DNA of 64,000 nucleotides from Mycobacteriales bacterium (GTDB taxonomy: Bacteria; Actinomycetota; Actinomycetes; BP-191): the NCBI GenBank assembly GCA_046590575.1, contig JBKJUS010000012.1, forward strand, positions 24,222 to 88,221. The letters run 5' to 3'. Under the pieces are notes generated by a model. It was not told where the DNA came from. It made no database searches and was given only the letters and a program-made list of their open reading frames with translations. Numbering within the stretch: position 1 is the stretch's first letter; each line of letters begins with the position of its first letter. Made by a program: the position numbers and the translations under genes. Below, in pieces: positions 45,198 through 56,410 of the stretch.

Positions 45198-46244
45198 GTG
45201 CACGAGGTCCTCCACGACTGGGACGGCGAGAACGCGCTGGTCAGCTTCGACGTGCACACCGGTAGCCACCTGTTCATCGCCCTGCACTCGCGCCGGCTGG
45301 GACCCGCGGCTGGTGGCACTCGGCTCAAGACGTACCCCACGCCCGCGGACGGCCTCCGCGACGCGACCCTGCTGGCCCGTGCGATGACCTACAAGATGGC
45401 AGTGGCTGGCCTGCCGATGGGAGGCGGCAAGTCCGTGCTCGCGGTGCCCGGAGAGCTCTCGCCCGACGACCGCCGCCACATCCTCGTCCAGCACGCGCGC
45501 AACGTCGAAACGCTCAACGGCAGCTACAGCACGGGCCCGGACGTCGGAACCACCTCGCTGGACATGGACGTCCTTCATGAGCACACCGAACACGCCTTCG
45601 GCCGCAGCCCCGCCCGCGGGGGGTCGGGAAGCAGCGCACCGGACACCGCGGTAGGTGTCTTCCACGGCATCCGCGCTGCGGTCGCTCACGTCAACGGCGA
45701 TGCGCGGCTCGACGGAGTGCAGGTCTTCGTCCAAGGCTGCGGCGCGGTGGGCGAGCCGCTCGTCGGCATGCTCGCCAACGCTGGCGCGGCCGTGGCGGTG
45801 AGCGACGTCGTCCCCGACCGGGTCGAGATGCTGGTGCGCAAGTACGGCGTGCGCGCTGTCGAGCCGGACGCCGTCGACGTGGAGTGCGACGTCTACGCCC
45901 CATGCGCTCTCGGTCAGGTGATCGGTGAAGCCGTTGTGCCGACTTTGCGCTGTCGCATCGTCGCCGGCGCCGCCAACAACGTCCTCGTCGCGCCGGAGGA
46001 CGGCGAGCGACTGCAGGCAGCCGGCATCCTGTACGCGCCTGACTTCGTGATCAACGCCGGCGGCGCCGTACACCTCATCGGCTACGAGGGCCTCGGCTGG
46101 GACAGCGATCGCGTCGCCGCCGGTCTCGTCGGCATAGGCACCACGCTGGCGCAGATCTTCGCCGAATCCGACTCACTCGGGATCAGCACGGAGCGGGCCG
46201 CCGAGCGGGTGGCCGAGGCCCGCCTCGCAGCTGGCCCGCAGTGA
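45198..46244 (+). CDS. Glu/Leu/Phe/Val dehydrogenase
   Basis: GPAAGGTR, MTYK, GGGKSV, QGCGAVG, PCALG, GAANN, PDFVINAGG. Confidence 0.93.
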   Translation: MHEVLHDWDGENALVSFDVHTGSHLFIALHSRRLGPAAGGTRLKTYPTPADGLRDATLLARAMTYKMAVAGLPMGGGKSVLAVPGELSPDDRRHILVQHARNVETLNGSYSTGPDVGTTSLDMDVLHEHTEHAFGRSPARGGSGSSAPDTAVGVFHGIRAAVAHVNGDARLDGVQVFVQGCGAVGEPLVGMLANAGAAVAVSDVVPDRVEMLVRKYGVRAVEPDAVDVECDVYAPCALGQVIGEAVVPTLRCRIVAGAANNVLVAPEDGERLQAAGILYAPDFVINAGGAVHLIGYEGLGWDSDRVAAGLVGIGTTLAQIFAESDSLGISTERAAERVAEARLAAGPQ

Positions 46245-46308
46245 GACCTCTCGTCCCTGCAGTCCTCCCCGCGCATCAGGTCGGCAGCCGCCGCCGTAGG
46301 CTGGACAG

Positions 46309-47658
46309 GTGACCGATTTGCGTGTCTCGCGCCTCGCGAGTGTGCGCGAGGTGTTCCGCGAGCCGCACTTCGGCCAGCTCTTCGCCACCCGGCTCAGCTC
46401 GCAGACCGCCGACGGGATCTTCAACGTCGCGCTGGCTGGCTTCGCACTCTTCTCACCCGAACGGCAGACCTCACCCGGTCGGGTGGCGGCACTCTTCGCC
46501 ACCCTGTTGCTGCCCTATTCACTGGTCGGTCCGTTTGCCGGTGTCTTCATCGACCGCTGGAGCCGGCAACGGATCCTGGTCGTAGCCAACCTCGTCCGCG
46601 CCCTCCTGGTCCTCGGTGTCATCGCGGTCGTTCTGGTGGACGCTCCGTTGCCCATCTTTTACGGCAGCGTGCTGGTCGTCCTGTCGGTCAACCGCTTCCT
46701 GCTGTCGGCGCTCTCGGCCGCGCTGCCACACGTCGTACGCCGTCCGCAACTGGTGCTCGCCAACGCGGTGACCACTACTGCGGGCACGGTTGTCGCCATC
46801 CTCGGCGGCGCGATCGGCTACGGGATCCGGGCCCTGGTCGGTGCCGACGACTCCGGGATCGCCGTCATCCTTGCTGGGGCCGCAGGGGTGTACGTCAGCT
46901 CCTCACTCATCGCCGCGCGCATGGACCGATCGCTGCTCGGCCCCGACGAGCGCACCACGCGAGTGGGGATGGCCGATGCCATCAGCGAGGTGCTGCGCGG
47001 GGTCGGTCAGGGTGCCGCGCACGTGTGGCACCGCCGGCGGGCTGGTCGCGCCATGGTCGCCATCGCCGCGCACAGATTTTTCTACGGCCTCAGCCTGGTC
47101 TCCACGCTGCTGCTCTACAACGAGGACTTCGGGCTCTTCCGCAAGGACGGCCTCTTCGGGCTCGGGGCGGTCTTCGGCGCCTCGGGGGCCGGCTACCTCC
47201 TGGCGGCTGCGATCACTCCGGGTGCGACCCGACGGATCGGGGTCGAGCAGTGGGTGGCGGCACTCTTTCTCGGAGCGGCCGTCGCGGAGATCGCCTTCGG
47301 CGCGCCGTACAACCAGCCAGCGTTCCTGGTCGCCGCCTTCGCGCTGGGCATCGCCGCCCAAGGCGCCAAGATCTGCGTCGATTCAATCGTGCAGGAGACC
47401 ATCGACGACAGCTATCGCGGTCGGGTCTTCTCCTTCTACGACATCCTCTTCAACGTGTCGTTCGTCTCCGCCGCCGGCGTCGCCGCGGTCACCCTGCCGC
47501 GCGACGGCAAGAGTTATCCGGTCTTGTTTTTCATCGCCTTCGGCTACGCAGCGACGGGACTGCTCTTTGGCTTCGCCACCCGCCGCAACCCGGCGGTCGG
47601 CATCGGACCAGCCGATGTCCCTGCAGAGGTCAGCGCAGAAGGTCTGCGACCCGGCTGA
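46309..47658 (+). CDS. MFS transporter (Rv0037c-like)
   Basis: About 12 TM helices; GPFAGVFIDRWSRQ, YRGRVFSFYD. Confidence 0.9.
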   Translation: MTDLRVSRLASVREVFREPHFGQLFATRLSSQTADGIFNVALAGFALFSPERQTSPGRVAALFATLLLPYSLVGPFAGVFIDRWSRQRILVVANLVRALLVLGVIAVVLVDAPLPIFYGSVLVVLSVNRFLLSALSAALPHVVRRPQLVLANAVTTTAGTVVAILGGAIGYGIRALVGADDSGIAVILAGAAGVYVSSSLIAARMDRSLLGPDERTTRVGMADAISEVLRGVGQGAAHVWHRRRAGRAMVAIAAHRFFYGLSLVSTLLLYNEDFGLFRKDGLFGLGAVFGASGAGYLLAAAITPGATRRIGVEQWVAALFLGAAVAEIAFGAPYNQPAFLVAAFALGIAAQGAKICVDSIVQETIDDSYRGRVFSFYDILFNVSFVSAAGVAAVTLPRDGKSYPVLFFIAFGYAATGLLFGFATRRNPAVGIGPADVPAEVSAEGLRPG

Positions 47659-48856
47659 GCAGCCCCGGGCTCGGCGATGGCGACTGGACCGGCTCCGGCG
47701 ACGGCGACGCGACGCCGGGCAACGCAGACGGGGTCGGCAACAGACGACGGATGGTGTCCACGACCTGGTCAACAGTAGAACTGGGGCTAGGCGACGATGT
47801 CGGGCTGGCCGTCGGACGTGGCGACGGCCGCGAAGAAGGCGGCGATCCCGGCTCGGCGGATGTGCCGGGCTGCGGCTCTCCTGGCCTGATCGTTCCGCCG
47901 CGGGGCCCGGCGACAGCAACCGGAGCACCCGCAGAGCGTGCCGCGAACAGGCCGGCAAGTCGGCGTGACACCTCTGTGCTGCGTGCGCTCAGCAGTGCGG
48001 CGACCACTCCCCAGGAGCCGCCTTCGCGCCGAAGCCGGCCGGCGAGCGCAACGGACTCGTCCTCGGCGCCTTCCTGCGCCGCGAGCCCGATCGCCACAGG
48101 CAGCAACGCCTCGCTGCGACCGGTCTCGGCCGGCAGACCGTCGATCGATTCACGGTAGACGGCGGGCAGCAGCGTGAGCCGGGCGGGATCGTTGAGGCGG
48201 GGGTCCGCGTCGATACCGCGAGCGAGCCGAGTGAGCACGGCATCGGCCGCGCTCACTTCCGGTATCACCTCGCGCTCCCAGCTGTCGCCGGAGAGCCGCA
48301 AGGGCTCGGCGCGGTCCGGCAGGGCACGGCCCGCCACAGCGACCTGGTGGAGACGGGGGATCTCGAGTCTGCGGTCGGTCGTCCGCGCGCGTGCCCCGCC
48401 GGCGTAGACGGCGATCCGCACAGAGAATCCGCGGTCGACCCGCAGAGCGCCAGGCGCGACATCGTCGAGGGTGAGATCACCGATGCGCACGGAGAGTGTC
48501 GGGCCACGTCGCCGGTCGACGAGGATGGCACCCCGGCGCAGCTCGGTGACCGCACCGTCGGGTACGGCGACCGTGGTAGTGGGTGCGAGCCTGACCCGGC
48601 GACCTCGCACATCGAGAGTGGCGGCGCCCGCCGTGCCCGTCGTCACCACCGCACCGGGTCGGAGCGACTCGCCCTCGACAGCCACTCGGGCGGCTCCACC
48701 AGGATCGATAACGGTCGCGTCACGCGTCTCGCGGAGGATGACAAGAGCATCGGCAAGGTTGCCTTCGGCCGACCACACCCGCAGACCGCCGGCCACCAGC
48801 GCACCGACCGTGAGCATCGCGATGGCCACGCGCACGGCAGCGCGCTCCGCGAGCAT
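47630..48856 (-). CDS. Membrane-anchored hypothetical protein with FecR-like N-terminal domain
   Basis: N-terminal TM; GESLRPGAVVTTG.AG.ATL...VRLAPTT...ELRRGAILV FecR-like pattern; Pro/Ser tail. Confidence 0.6.
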   Translation of the reverse strand: MLAERAAVRVAIAMLTVGALVAGGLRVWSAEGNLADALVILRETRDATVIDPGGAARVAVEGESLRPGAVVTTGTAGAATLDVRGRRVRLAPTTTVAVPDGAVTELRRGAILVDRRRGPTLSVRIGDLTLDDVAPGALRVDRGFSVRIAVYAGGARARTTDRRLEIPRLHQVAVAGRALPDRAEPLRLSGDSWEREVIPEVSAADAVLTRLARGIDADPRLNDPARLTLLPAVYRESIDGLPAETGRSEALLPVAIGLAAQEGAEDESVALAGRLRREGGSWGVVAALLSARSTEVSRRLAGLFAARSAGAPVAVAGPRGGTIRPGEPQPGTSAEPGSPPSSRPSPRPTASPTSSPSPSSTVDQVVDTIRRLLPTPSALPGVASPSPEPVQSPSPSPGLLSRVADLLR

Positions 48857-48929
48857 GGCTGGGGTGAAATGTCCGGGCACACTGTCATCATCGGCCCGGT
48901 AGGCGCATTTTGCGTATGGCACGAAATAA

Positions 48930-50384
48930 CTATTCGTGCGCGTCCTGCGACACCGTGGGCGTGCCGAGTCCCTGGTCGGCGGCCCACCGGAGCAGCTCCG
49001 CCGCAGCCACCTCCCGCGGCAGCGGACCGCGATCCATGCGTACGGCCAACAAGTGCTTGTAGGCCTGACCGACTACCGGCCCGGCAGGCACGCCGAGCAG
49101 CTCCATGATCGCGGTGCCGTCCAGGTCGGGCCGAATGGACGCGAGCTCCTCCTCGGCCGCAAGCACCCGAATACGCCGCTCGAGCTCGGCATACGCCGCC
49201 GCCAGGGCGGCCGCTTTGCGCGGGTTACGCGTCGTGCAGTCGCTGCGAACCAGCTTGTTGAGCCGGTCCAGCAGCGGACCCGCATCGGTGACGTACCGGC
49301 GTACTGCGGAGTCGGTCCACTCGCCCGAGTTGAAGCCGTGGAAGCGCAGGTGGAGCTCGACGAGCCGCGAGACGTCCTCGACGAAGACCTTCGGGTAGCG
49401 CAGGTTCCGCAGCCGGGCGCGGGTCATCTTGGCGCCCTTGACCTCGTGGTGGTGGAAGCTCACCTGTCCACGCGGACCGAGCTCGCGGGTTGCCGGCTTC
49501 CCGATGTCATGCAGAAGTGCCGCCATCCGCAGGGTCAGGTCGGGTCCGCCGTCCTCCAGCGCCATCGCGTTCTGCAGCACAGCGAGGGAGTGCAGGTAAA
49601 CGTCCTTGTGGTGATGGATGGGGTCGATCTCCAGCCGCAGCCCGGGAAGCTCCGGGAGCACCTGCTCGGCGAGCCCGGTGTCCACCATCAGCTCAAGACC
49701 GCGACGGGGGTCCGCGCCCAGCATCAGCTTCGACAGTTCGTCGCGGATCCGCTCGACGGAGACGATGGCGATCCGATCAGACATGGCCCGCATTGCCTCG
49801 ACCACGTCGGCGCGCGGAGTGAATCCGAGTTGGGCGGCGAAGCGGGCGGCGCGCATCATCCGCAACGGATCGTCGGAGAAGGACGCTTCTGGCGTGGTGG
49901 GAGTGGTCAGCGCCCGGGCAGCCAGGTCCCCAAGGCCGTCGTACGGGTCGATGAAGGAATGGTCGGGCAACGACAGCGCCATGGTGTTGACCGTGAAGTC
50001 CCGGCGAGACAGGTCACCCTCGAGCGAGTCCCCGAAGGCCACCTGCGGGTTGCGGGAATGAATGTCGTAAGCCTCGGTGCGAAACGTCGTGATCTCGCAG
50101 CGCAGCCCGGCGCGGGAGATGCCGACCGTGCCGAAGTCGATGCCGGTAGTCCAGCTTCCTTCGGACCACCCTTCGGTGATTTCCAGGACCTGCTGCGGCG
50201 TCGCGTCGGTGGCAAAGTCGAGATCGTCGCCGAGCCGACCGAGCAGAGCGTCCCGCACCGAGCCACCCACCAGGTGCAACACATGACCGGCGTCGGCGAA
50301 CATCCGACCGAGCTCGTCGGCAACGGGGAAGATCCGCAGCAGCTCGGCGACGGCATGCTGTTGGACGGCGGTAAGTCGGGACAC
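48930..50384 (-). CDS. pcnA: CCA-adding tRNA nucleotidyltransferase with HD domain
   Basis: [43 protein letters not shown]. Confidence 0.95.
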   Translation of the reverse strand: MSRLTAVQQHAVAELLRIFPVADELGRMFADAGHVLHLVGGSVRDALLGRLGDDLDFATDATPQQVLEITEGWSEGSWTTGIDFGTVGISRAGLRCEITTFRTEAYDIHSRNPQVAFGDSLEGDLSRRDFTVNTMALSLPDHSFIDPYDGLGDLAARALTTPTTPEASFSDDPLRMMRAARFAAQLGFTPRADVVEAMRAMSDRIAIVSVERIRDELSKLMLGADPRRGLELMVDTGLAEQVLPELPGLRLEIDPIHHHKDVYLHSLAVLQNAMALEDGGPDLTLRMAALLHDIGKPATRELGPRGQVSFHHHEVKGAKMTRARLRNLRYPKVFVEDVSRLVELHLRFHGFNSGEWTDSAVRRYVTDAGPLLDRLNKLVRSDCTTRNPRKAAALAAAYAELERRIRVLAAEEELASIRPDLDGTAIMELLGVPAGPVVGQAYKHLLAVRMDRGPLPREVAAAELLRWAADQGLGTPTVSQDAHE

Positions 50385-50497
50385 GGGAGGCAAGCCTACG
50401 GGTCGGGACGCAGGTTACGCAGTCGGGTCGCGGCCCTCCCCGCTCACTTCGCTGCGCGCGCACCGGAGATTCACCCCCACCGGGCCACTACGATCGG

Positions 50498-50971
50498 GTG
50501 GTGCCCGGGTCATCGCGCCGCTCCCGGCGCCCGAGAATGCAGCGGGTCGAGGAGACCTCGGCCGGCGGCCTCGTGCTGGACCGTGCCGCGGCAGATGCGC
50601 GGGGGGCGCTGATCGGCCGGCTCGACCGGCGGGGCCGATTGCTCTGGTCGCTGCCTAAAGGGCATGTGGAACCGGGTGAGGTGCCCATACAGACTGCTGT
50701 GCGCGAGGTGGCGGAGGAGACCGGAATCACCGGCCACGTGGTCGGCGAGCTCGGGACGATCGACTTCTGGTTCGTCGCCGATGGCCGGCGGATCCACAAG
50801 ACGGTGCACCACTTCCTGCTCATCGCCGACAGCGGCGAGCTCAGTGACGCGGACATCGAGGTAGCCGAAGTCGCGTGGGTGCCGCTCGCCGACATGTCCC
50901 GCCATCTGGCGTACGCCGACGAGCGTGCTCTGCTGGATCACGTCCCGACGCTCCTGGCGGCGTCCGCGTGA
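50498..50971 (+). CDS. NUDIX hydrolase (MutT4-like)
   Basis: [17 protein letters not shown]...[10 protein letters not shown] Nudix box. Confidence 0.92.
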   Translation: MVPGSSRRSRRPRMQRVEETSAGGLVLDRAAADARGALIGRLDRRGRLLWSLPKGHVEPGEVPIQTAVREVAEETGITGHVVGELGTIDFWFVADGRRIHKTVHHFLLIADSGELSDADIEVAEVAWVPLADMSRHLAYADERALLDHVPTLLAASA

Positions 50972-53142
50972 GTCTGCCCACTGCGGGTCGAGCATTCAGC
51001 GCGATTGTCCTACTCACGGTTCCCCTGGTCCTCGCCGCGCCTGGGGGGCGGGCACGGGCGCAGGACAGTGGTCCCCTCCCCGTCCAGGTCGCCGTCGAGG
51101 AGCTGTCTCCGTTCCTGACCCCCGACGGGGTCCTCACCGTGCGCGCCCGGCTGCTCTCGAGCAGCACCGAGACACTGGACAAGGTGCAGATCCGGCTCCG
51201 GATCGGCGATGCAGTCGGCTCTCGGTCCGAGCTGCAGCAGCTCGCCCGCACGCCACCGACCGATGACGACTTCGTCACCGTCAACGACCTGGTGCCGGAC
51301 GGCGTACTCCCCGACGAGCTCAGCCCTGGCGATGTCGCGACGCTCGACCTACGTCTGCCGGCCGACGATCGGCGACTTCAACGACTTTTCGGCGACCGCA
51401 ACGGGGTGCACCCGCTCCGCATCGAGGTGCGCGCACGTGCGGGTACGTCGATCCGCACACGCGTCGGCGCGGCGGACACCTTCCTGCCCTGGTGGCCCGA
51501 ACCGACGGAGCGCACGCGCATCGCCTGGTTGTGGCCGCTCACCGCGGACGACGCCCGAGGCCCCGGCGGACGGCTCACTGACGACGAGCTGGCCGACGAC
51601 CTCGAGGACGGACGGCTGGGTCTCCTGGTCGACGTCGGCAGAGCCGCCGTGGACCGCACTCCGGTGACCTGGGTCATCGACCCGGCACTCGTGGAAAGCG
51701 TGGCGGACATGGCGGACGGCTACCTCGTCCGCCGGGCAGACGGCACCAGTACCGAAGGAAGCGGGCAGGCAGCGGCGACGGCCTGGCTGGCGGCGGCACG
51801 CCCGGCGCTGACCGACCCCCGCGGACGCACGCTGGCCCTGCCGTACGCCGACCCCGACATCACCGCACTGAACCGAGCCGGACAGCGCGATGTCATCAGC
51901 ATCGCCATGCAGACCGGTCGGCAGGTGCTGGCCGACAACGGCTTCGCGCCCATTGCTTCGCGGCTCGCTTGGCCACCAGGAGGTGCGGTCGACGTCGCCA
52001 CGCTCGGCGTGCTCGCCGCGGCGGGTGCTCGCGATGTCGTCGTCAGCGCCTCCACCCTGCAGGCGGACGACGACATCGGCAACGCCACGCCGAGCGCCGC
52101 GACCGAGCTGAACGGCGTCGCTCCAGGCGTCGTGACCGCGGTCGCCACGGACGCGGAAGTGTCCCGGCTGGTCGCCGAAGGTCCAGCCGCCGGGGGCACC
52201 ACGGAAGGGACCCGGCTGGCGCTGCAGCGCGTCCTCGCCGAGACCGCCTTCTTCACCCTCGAACGACCGAGCCAGTCCCGAGACCTCGTCGTCGCACCGC
52301 CCCGGCGGTGGAACCCAGCCCGGCCTTTCGCCGCAGGACTGCTCGACCTCAGCGCATCTGTGCCCTGGCTGCGGCCGGACGTCGTGACCAACGTCGCCAC
52401 TCGCCCACGGGACGACATCAACCGCTTCATCACCTTCTCCGGCGCTGACCGCGAGCGAGAGCTGCCGCCGGCGATCCTGACCGCCACGCGCGGCGAACGG
52501 GACCGGGTGGAGCGCTACCGCTCCATCCTCGCGCCGGTGGTGGACGCACCCGACGATCCACTGCCGGACCGGCTTGAGCGGGCGCTGCTCCGGGCCAGCT
52601 CCGCGCGCTACCGGGACGACGCGGCCGGGGCGCGGTCCCTCGTGGCCAGCGTTCGTGCGTTGCTCAGCGACCAGTTCGCAAAGGTCTCCGTGGCGGGTGG
52701 TGGGCTCATCACCATGGGTGGCGACACCGCCCGGCTGCCCATCACCCTCGTCAACGACCTCAGTACGACGGTCCGCGTTCAGGTGCGGATCGACAGTCGA
52801 AACCGGCTCTCACTGCCGGACGGCGAGGTCCGCACCGAAGTGGTCGCGCCCGGGCGGCGGCAACTCCAGATCTCGGCGCGCGCACTGGTGCCCGGTGACT
52901 TCACCATCACGGTGGCTCTCGCCACCCCGGACGGACGTCCGCTGCCCGGCGACCCGACACTTTTGCGGGTCCGGTCCAGCGCCTACGGCAAAGTGGCGCT
53001 CGCCATCACGATCGGCGCCTTTGTGCTGCTGCTGCTGGGCTCTGCCACCCGGCTGCTTCGCCGGCGTCGGGCGTCGCGGGGCCGCAACCCAGACGCGCCG
53101 GGCAGCGCACCGCTTGCCGACGCACCGCCCGGGCCACTGTGA
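50968..53142 (+). CDS. DUF6049 (Rv3909-like) membrane-anchored protein
   Basis: Signal/[29 protein letters not shown]-terminal TM; conserved position upstream of murJ. Confidence 0.82.
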   Translation: MSLPTAGRAFSAIVLLTVPLVLAAPGGRARAQDSGPLPVQVAVEELSPFLTPDGVLTVRARLLSSSTETLDKVQIRLRIGDAVGSRSELQQLARTPPTDDDFVTVNDLVPDGVLPDELSPGDVATLDLRLPADDRRLQRLFGDRNGVHPLRIEVRARAGTSIRTRVGAADTFLPWWPEPTERTRIAWLWPLTADDARGPGGRLTDDELADDLEDGRLGLLVDVGRAAVDRTPVTWVIDPALVESVADMADGYLVRRADGTSTEGSGQAAATAWLAAARPALTDPRGRTLALPYADPDITALNRAGQRDVISIAMQTGRQVLADNGFAPIASRLAWPPGGAVDVATLGVLAAAGARDVVVSASTLQADDDIGNATPSAATELNGVAPGVVTAVATDAEVSRLVAEGPAAGGTTEGTRLALQRVLAETAFFTLERPSQSRDLVVAPPRRWNPARPFAAGLLDLSASVPWLRPDVVTNVATRPRDDINRFITFSGADRERELPPAILTATRGERDRVERYRSILAPVVDAPDDPLPDRLERALLRASSARYRDDAAGARSLVASVRALLSDQFAKVSVAGGGLITMGGDTARLPITLVNDLSTTVRVQVRIDSRNRLSLPDGEVRTEVVAPGRRQLQISARALVPGDFTITVALATPDGRPLPGDPTLLRVRSSAYGKVALAITIGAFVLLLLGSATRLLRRRRASRGRNPDAPGSAPLADAPPGPL

Positions 53143-54755
53143 GCGCGTCGCCGTCAGCACTCGGCCGAGCGAGCGGTTCGATGGCGCTCGGCACACTCGC
53201 ATCGCGTCTCACGGGGTTCCTGCGCGTGGTGGCGATGGCGGCGGCGCTCGGCCTCACGGACGTCAACGACGCTTACAACCTCGCCAATGTCACCCCCAAC
53301 ATCATCTACGAACTGCTGCTCGGCGGGGTGCTCACCACCATCGTCGTGCCCTTGCTGGTTCGGGCCCGTAAGGAGGACCCCGACGGGGGCGACGGCTTCG
53401 CTCATCTGCTGCTCACCCTCGTCGCCGCGGGCCTTGCCGTGGCGGCGCTCGTGGGGGTACTGGCGGCGCCACTCCTGGCGTCTCTTCTCGGCGCAGCCGA
53501 CGGGCCAGAGCGCGACCTGACGATCACTTTCCTGCGCTACTTCATGCCCCAGATCGCGTTTTATGGCATTGGCGCGACGATGACGGCGATCCTGCATACG
53601 CGGCGCCGTTTCGGCGCGGCCGCGGTGGCACCCGTGCTGAACAACCTGGTCGGCATCGCCACGGCCGTGGTCTTTCTCGTCGTCAGTGATGGCGAGCGCC
53701 CGACCCTCGGCGGTCTCAGTGGGGCGCAGACTGCGACGTTAGGCATCGGCACAACGCTCGGCGTCGTCGTCATGACGGTCGCCTTGCTGCCGGCGCTGCG
53801 GGACAGCGGATTTCGCTGGCGTCCCCGGCTCGGCTGGCACCCGGCCTTGCGCCGCGCAGCTCATCTGGCCGGGTGGATTTTCGTCTACGTCGCCGCCAAC
53901 CAGATCGGGCTCGTCGTGATCTACCGGCTGGCCGGCTCTGCTGGCGAGGGGGGTGTGACGGCGTACCAGTACGCCTTTCTGCTCTTCCAGCTGCCGCACG
54001 CTCTCATCGCCGTTTCCGTCGTCACCGCGCTCGTGCCGCGGATGAGTGCGCATGCTGTCGACGGCGACATGGACCGGCTGCGCGCTGACTTCTCACGGGG
54101 CATCCGGCTCATCGCCGCCGTGCTCATCCCCGCCGCCCTCGCCTACCTCGTCCTCGCTCGGCCAGTGGCGACGGTGGTCTTCGGCCTCGGGGCTTTCTCG
54201 AGCGCTGACGCGGCCTTCGTGGGTGACGTGCTGGCCGCCTTCGCCCTCGGGCTGATGTCCTTCAGCGCGTTCCAGCTGCTCCTGCGGATGTTCTACGTCC
54301 TGCAGGACAGCAAGACCCCGGCGCTGGTGAACATCGGTGCCAACGCGGTCAACATCGTCGCGGACATCGCCCTCTTCAACGTCCTGGACGGTCGCTCACG
54401 AGTCGTCGGACTCGCGGCGGGGCACGCCATCGCCTACACGGTCGGCGCACTGGTGCTGGCCCGACTCCTCGCCCGCCGGGTCGGCGGACTCGACGGTTTC
54501 GTCGTCATCCGCGCCCTGGTGCGCGTCACGATCGCCGCCGGAATCGGAGCGATTGCGGCGTACGGCGTCGCGCAGCTCGCCCTCGGTTCGGTCGGCCAGT
54601 CCCTGCTCGGATCGGTCGTCTCCGTATCCGGCGGGATCGTCGTAGGTGGATCGTTCTACGTCACCTGCGCGCGCCGCATGGCGGTCACCGAGGTGTCCTC
54701 CGTCACCGATCTGGTCCTGCGACGGTTACGCCGTACGGCTCAAGCCGACCGGTAA
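53139..54755 (+). CDS. murJ: Lipid II flippase MurJ (MviN)
   Basis: SRLTGFLR, AYNLAN.TPNIIYEL, PQIAFYG, APVLNN, FQLPH. Confidence 0.95.
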   Translation: MSASPSALGRASGSMALGTLASRLTGFLRVVAMAAALGLTDVNDAYNLANVTPNIIYELLLGGVLTTIVVPLLVRARKEDPDGGDGFAHLLLTLVAAGLAVAALVGVLAAPLLASLLGAADGPERDLTITFLRYFMPQIAFYGIGATMTAILHTRRRFGAAAVAPVLNNLVGIATAVVFLVVSDGERPTLGGLSGAQTATLGIGTTLGVVVMTVALLPALRDSGFRWRPRLGWHPALRRAAHLAGWIFVYVAANQIGLVVIYRLAGSAGEGGVTAYQYAFLLFQLPHALIAVSVVTALVPRMSAHAVDGDMDRLRADFSRGIRLIAAVLIPAALAYLVLARPVATVVFGLGAFSSADAAFVGDVLAAFALGLMSFSAFQLLLRMFYVLQDSKTPALVNIGANAVNIVADIALFNVLDGRSRVVGLAAGHAIAYTVGALVLARLLARRVGGLDGFVVIRALVRVTIAAGIGAIAAYGVAQLALGSVGQSLLGSVVSVSGGIVVGGSFYVTCARRMAVTEVSSVTDLVLRRLRRTAQADR

Positions 54756-54813
54756 GGAAGCCGATTCCCCTCTCGGCGGCCGAGTTACCGGCGCCCCGAC
54801 GGAGGAGCATGGC

Positions 54814-55206
54814 ATGCGGGGTCTGCAGGGCGAGCGGGGCGAGATCGTTCTCGGCTGGCTGACCAAGATCACGCTGGTGCTGTCCGTATTCGGGCTGCTC
54901 GGCTACGAGATGGTCTCCCTAGGTCTCACCCGGTTGCAGACCGAGGACATCGCCGCCGAGGTCGCCCGCAGAGGCTCTGAGATCTGGCAGCGCGGCCGGG
55001 ACGTTCAGCAGGCCTACCTCGCGGGCGCGGAAGTCGCGACCGCCAAGGGCGGCGTGGTGAGTCCCGACAAGTTCGTGGTGGAGCCCGACGGCACCGTCTC
55101 AGTCACCGTATGTCGCGAGGCGACCAGCCTCTTGCTCTACCGGACGAAGCGCACCCGCAAGTGGCTCGAGACCTGCGAGACGGCGCGCGCGAAGTTCGTC
55201 GCCTGA
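54814..55206 (+). CDS. TadE/pseudopilin-like small membrane protein
   Basis: GERG followed by a hydrophobic helix (prepilin-like N-terminus); GGAGGAG RBS. Confidence 0.6.
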   Translation: MRGLQGERGEIVLGWLTKITLVLSVFGLLGYEMVSLGLTRLQTEDIAAEVARRGSEIWQRGRDVQQAYLAGAEVATAKGGVVSPDKFVVEPDGTVSVTVCREATSLLLYRTKRTRKWLETCETARAKFVA

Positions 55207-55275
55207 GGCAGGAGCACAGCTGCTAGCGGCGAAGTCAGACTTACCTGACGCGAGGTTTCCATCCCGAGCGTCAAG

Positions 55276-55305
55276 TAGACACGAGCGGCGTCCCGTCGCT
55301 ACGGT
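55276..55305 (+). promoter_or_regulatory. Putative promoter for the riboswitch-NlpC/P60 transcript
   Basis: TAGACA-18-TACGGT. Confidence 0.5.
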
Positions 55306-55363
55306 CACCCGAGTCCCGCTCGCACAGCGAGCAGGCAACCCCCAAAACACGTCCGGGTCGTAA

Positions 55364-55555
55364 CGCCGAGTCCTGCCCCCGACCCGCGGGCGTTCCGATC
55401 GATCACCGCATCCGGGGCAGGAGCGGGGGACCCACAGGTCCCACGGCGCACCACCGGTTCGCTCTGGTGGTCGCCTCGGGGTGAAGCCACCGGTGCATGG
55501 TCACCGGTGGCCGGGCAACTTCCACGTCCGAACCCGACAGCTGACCTCGCAGGCG
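55364..55555 (+). ncRNA. c-di-AMP (ydaO/yuaA) riboswitch
   Basis: cGCCGAGTCC...GGAGCGGGGGACCCA...GGGGTGAAGCC...GGCCGGGCAACT...CCCGACAGCTGACCTCGCAGGCG consensus blocks upstream of a cell-wall hydrolase. Confidence 0.92.
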
Positions 55556-55576
55556 TGTGGGAAGGGAACCCCCGTC

Positions 55577-56329
55577 ATGCTCCGTCGCGTCGTTGCGATG
55601 TCCGCTGCGCTCAGCGCACTGCTCCCCCTCCTGTTCGGGCTCGGCGTCGCTCCGGCGCACGCCGCCGGCAGCACAGCCTCATCTCTCCAGATCGCCGCAT
55701 CGCGGACCTCGGTGCCGAGCGGCTCTACCGTCACCCTCTTCACGTCGCTGACCGACGCGGATCGGTCGCTGCCCAACCAGCGGGTCGCCGTCGACGTTCG
55801 TCACGGCGACACCTGGAGCTACGTCACGACCATCACGACCAACGAGCGCGGCCAGGCGTCGTACGTCCGCCGGCCGAGGGTGTCCGAGACGTTCCGAGCC
55901 CGCTGGCTCGGCACCGAGACGCACGCAGCCGACACCTCGAACTACATCACCGTGCAGGTCGTCGCCAACGGAGCAGCCGACAAGCTCATCGCCGAGGCCG
56001 CCAAGCATCGCGGCAAGGCCTACCGCTACGGCGCAAGCGGCCCGAACAACTTCGACTGCTCCGGCTTCACCGGATACGTCTTCCGTACGGCGATCGGCAA
56101 GACACTGCCCCGGACCTCGCGCGACCAGTACGCCGGTGCACCCCAGAAGCTGCCGCGCGGCTCGGAGCAGCCGGGTGACCTCATCTTCACCTACGACTCC
56201 TCCGGACGGATCTACCACGTCGGGCTCTATGCAGGGAACGGCATGATGTGGCACTCGCCGCAGAGCGGTGACGTGGTGAAGTACAGCGCCATCTTCTCGC
56301 GGACCTACAAGGTCGGTCGCTACCTCTGA
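55577..56329 (+). CDS. Secreted NlpC/P60 (C40) peptidoglycan endopeptidase
   Basis: Signal peptide; YRYGASGP..FDCSG, LPRTS, PGDLIF, HVGLY, H. Confidence 0.93.
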   Translation: MLRRVVAMSAALSALLPLLFGLGVAPAHAAGSTASSLQIAASRTSVPSGSTVTLFTSLTDADRSLPNQRVAVDVRHGDTWSYVTTITTNERGQASYVRRPRVSETFRARWLGTETHAADTSNYITVQVVANGAADKLIAEAAKHRGKAYRYGASGPNNFDCSGFTGYVFRTAIGKTLPRTSRDQYAGAPQKLPRGSEQPGDLIFTYDSSGRIYHVGLYAGNGMMWHSPQSGDVVKYSAIFSRTYKVGRYL

Positions 56330-56410
56330 GCCCCGCGATGCAGGAGTTTGACGGGCTGGCGCGGAAGTAGTCGCTAAAGCCACCGAACCCCCCACGTCTC
56401 CGGAGCTCTC

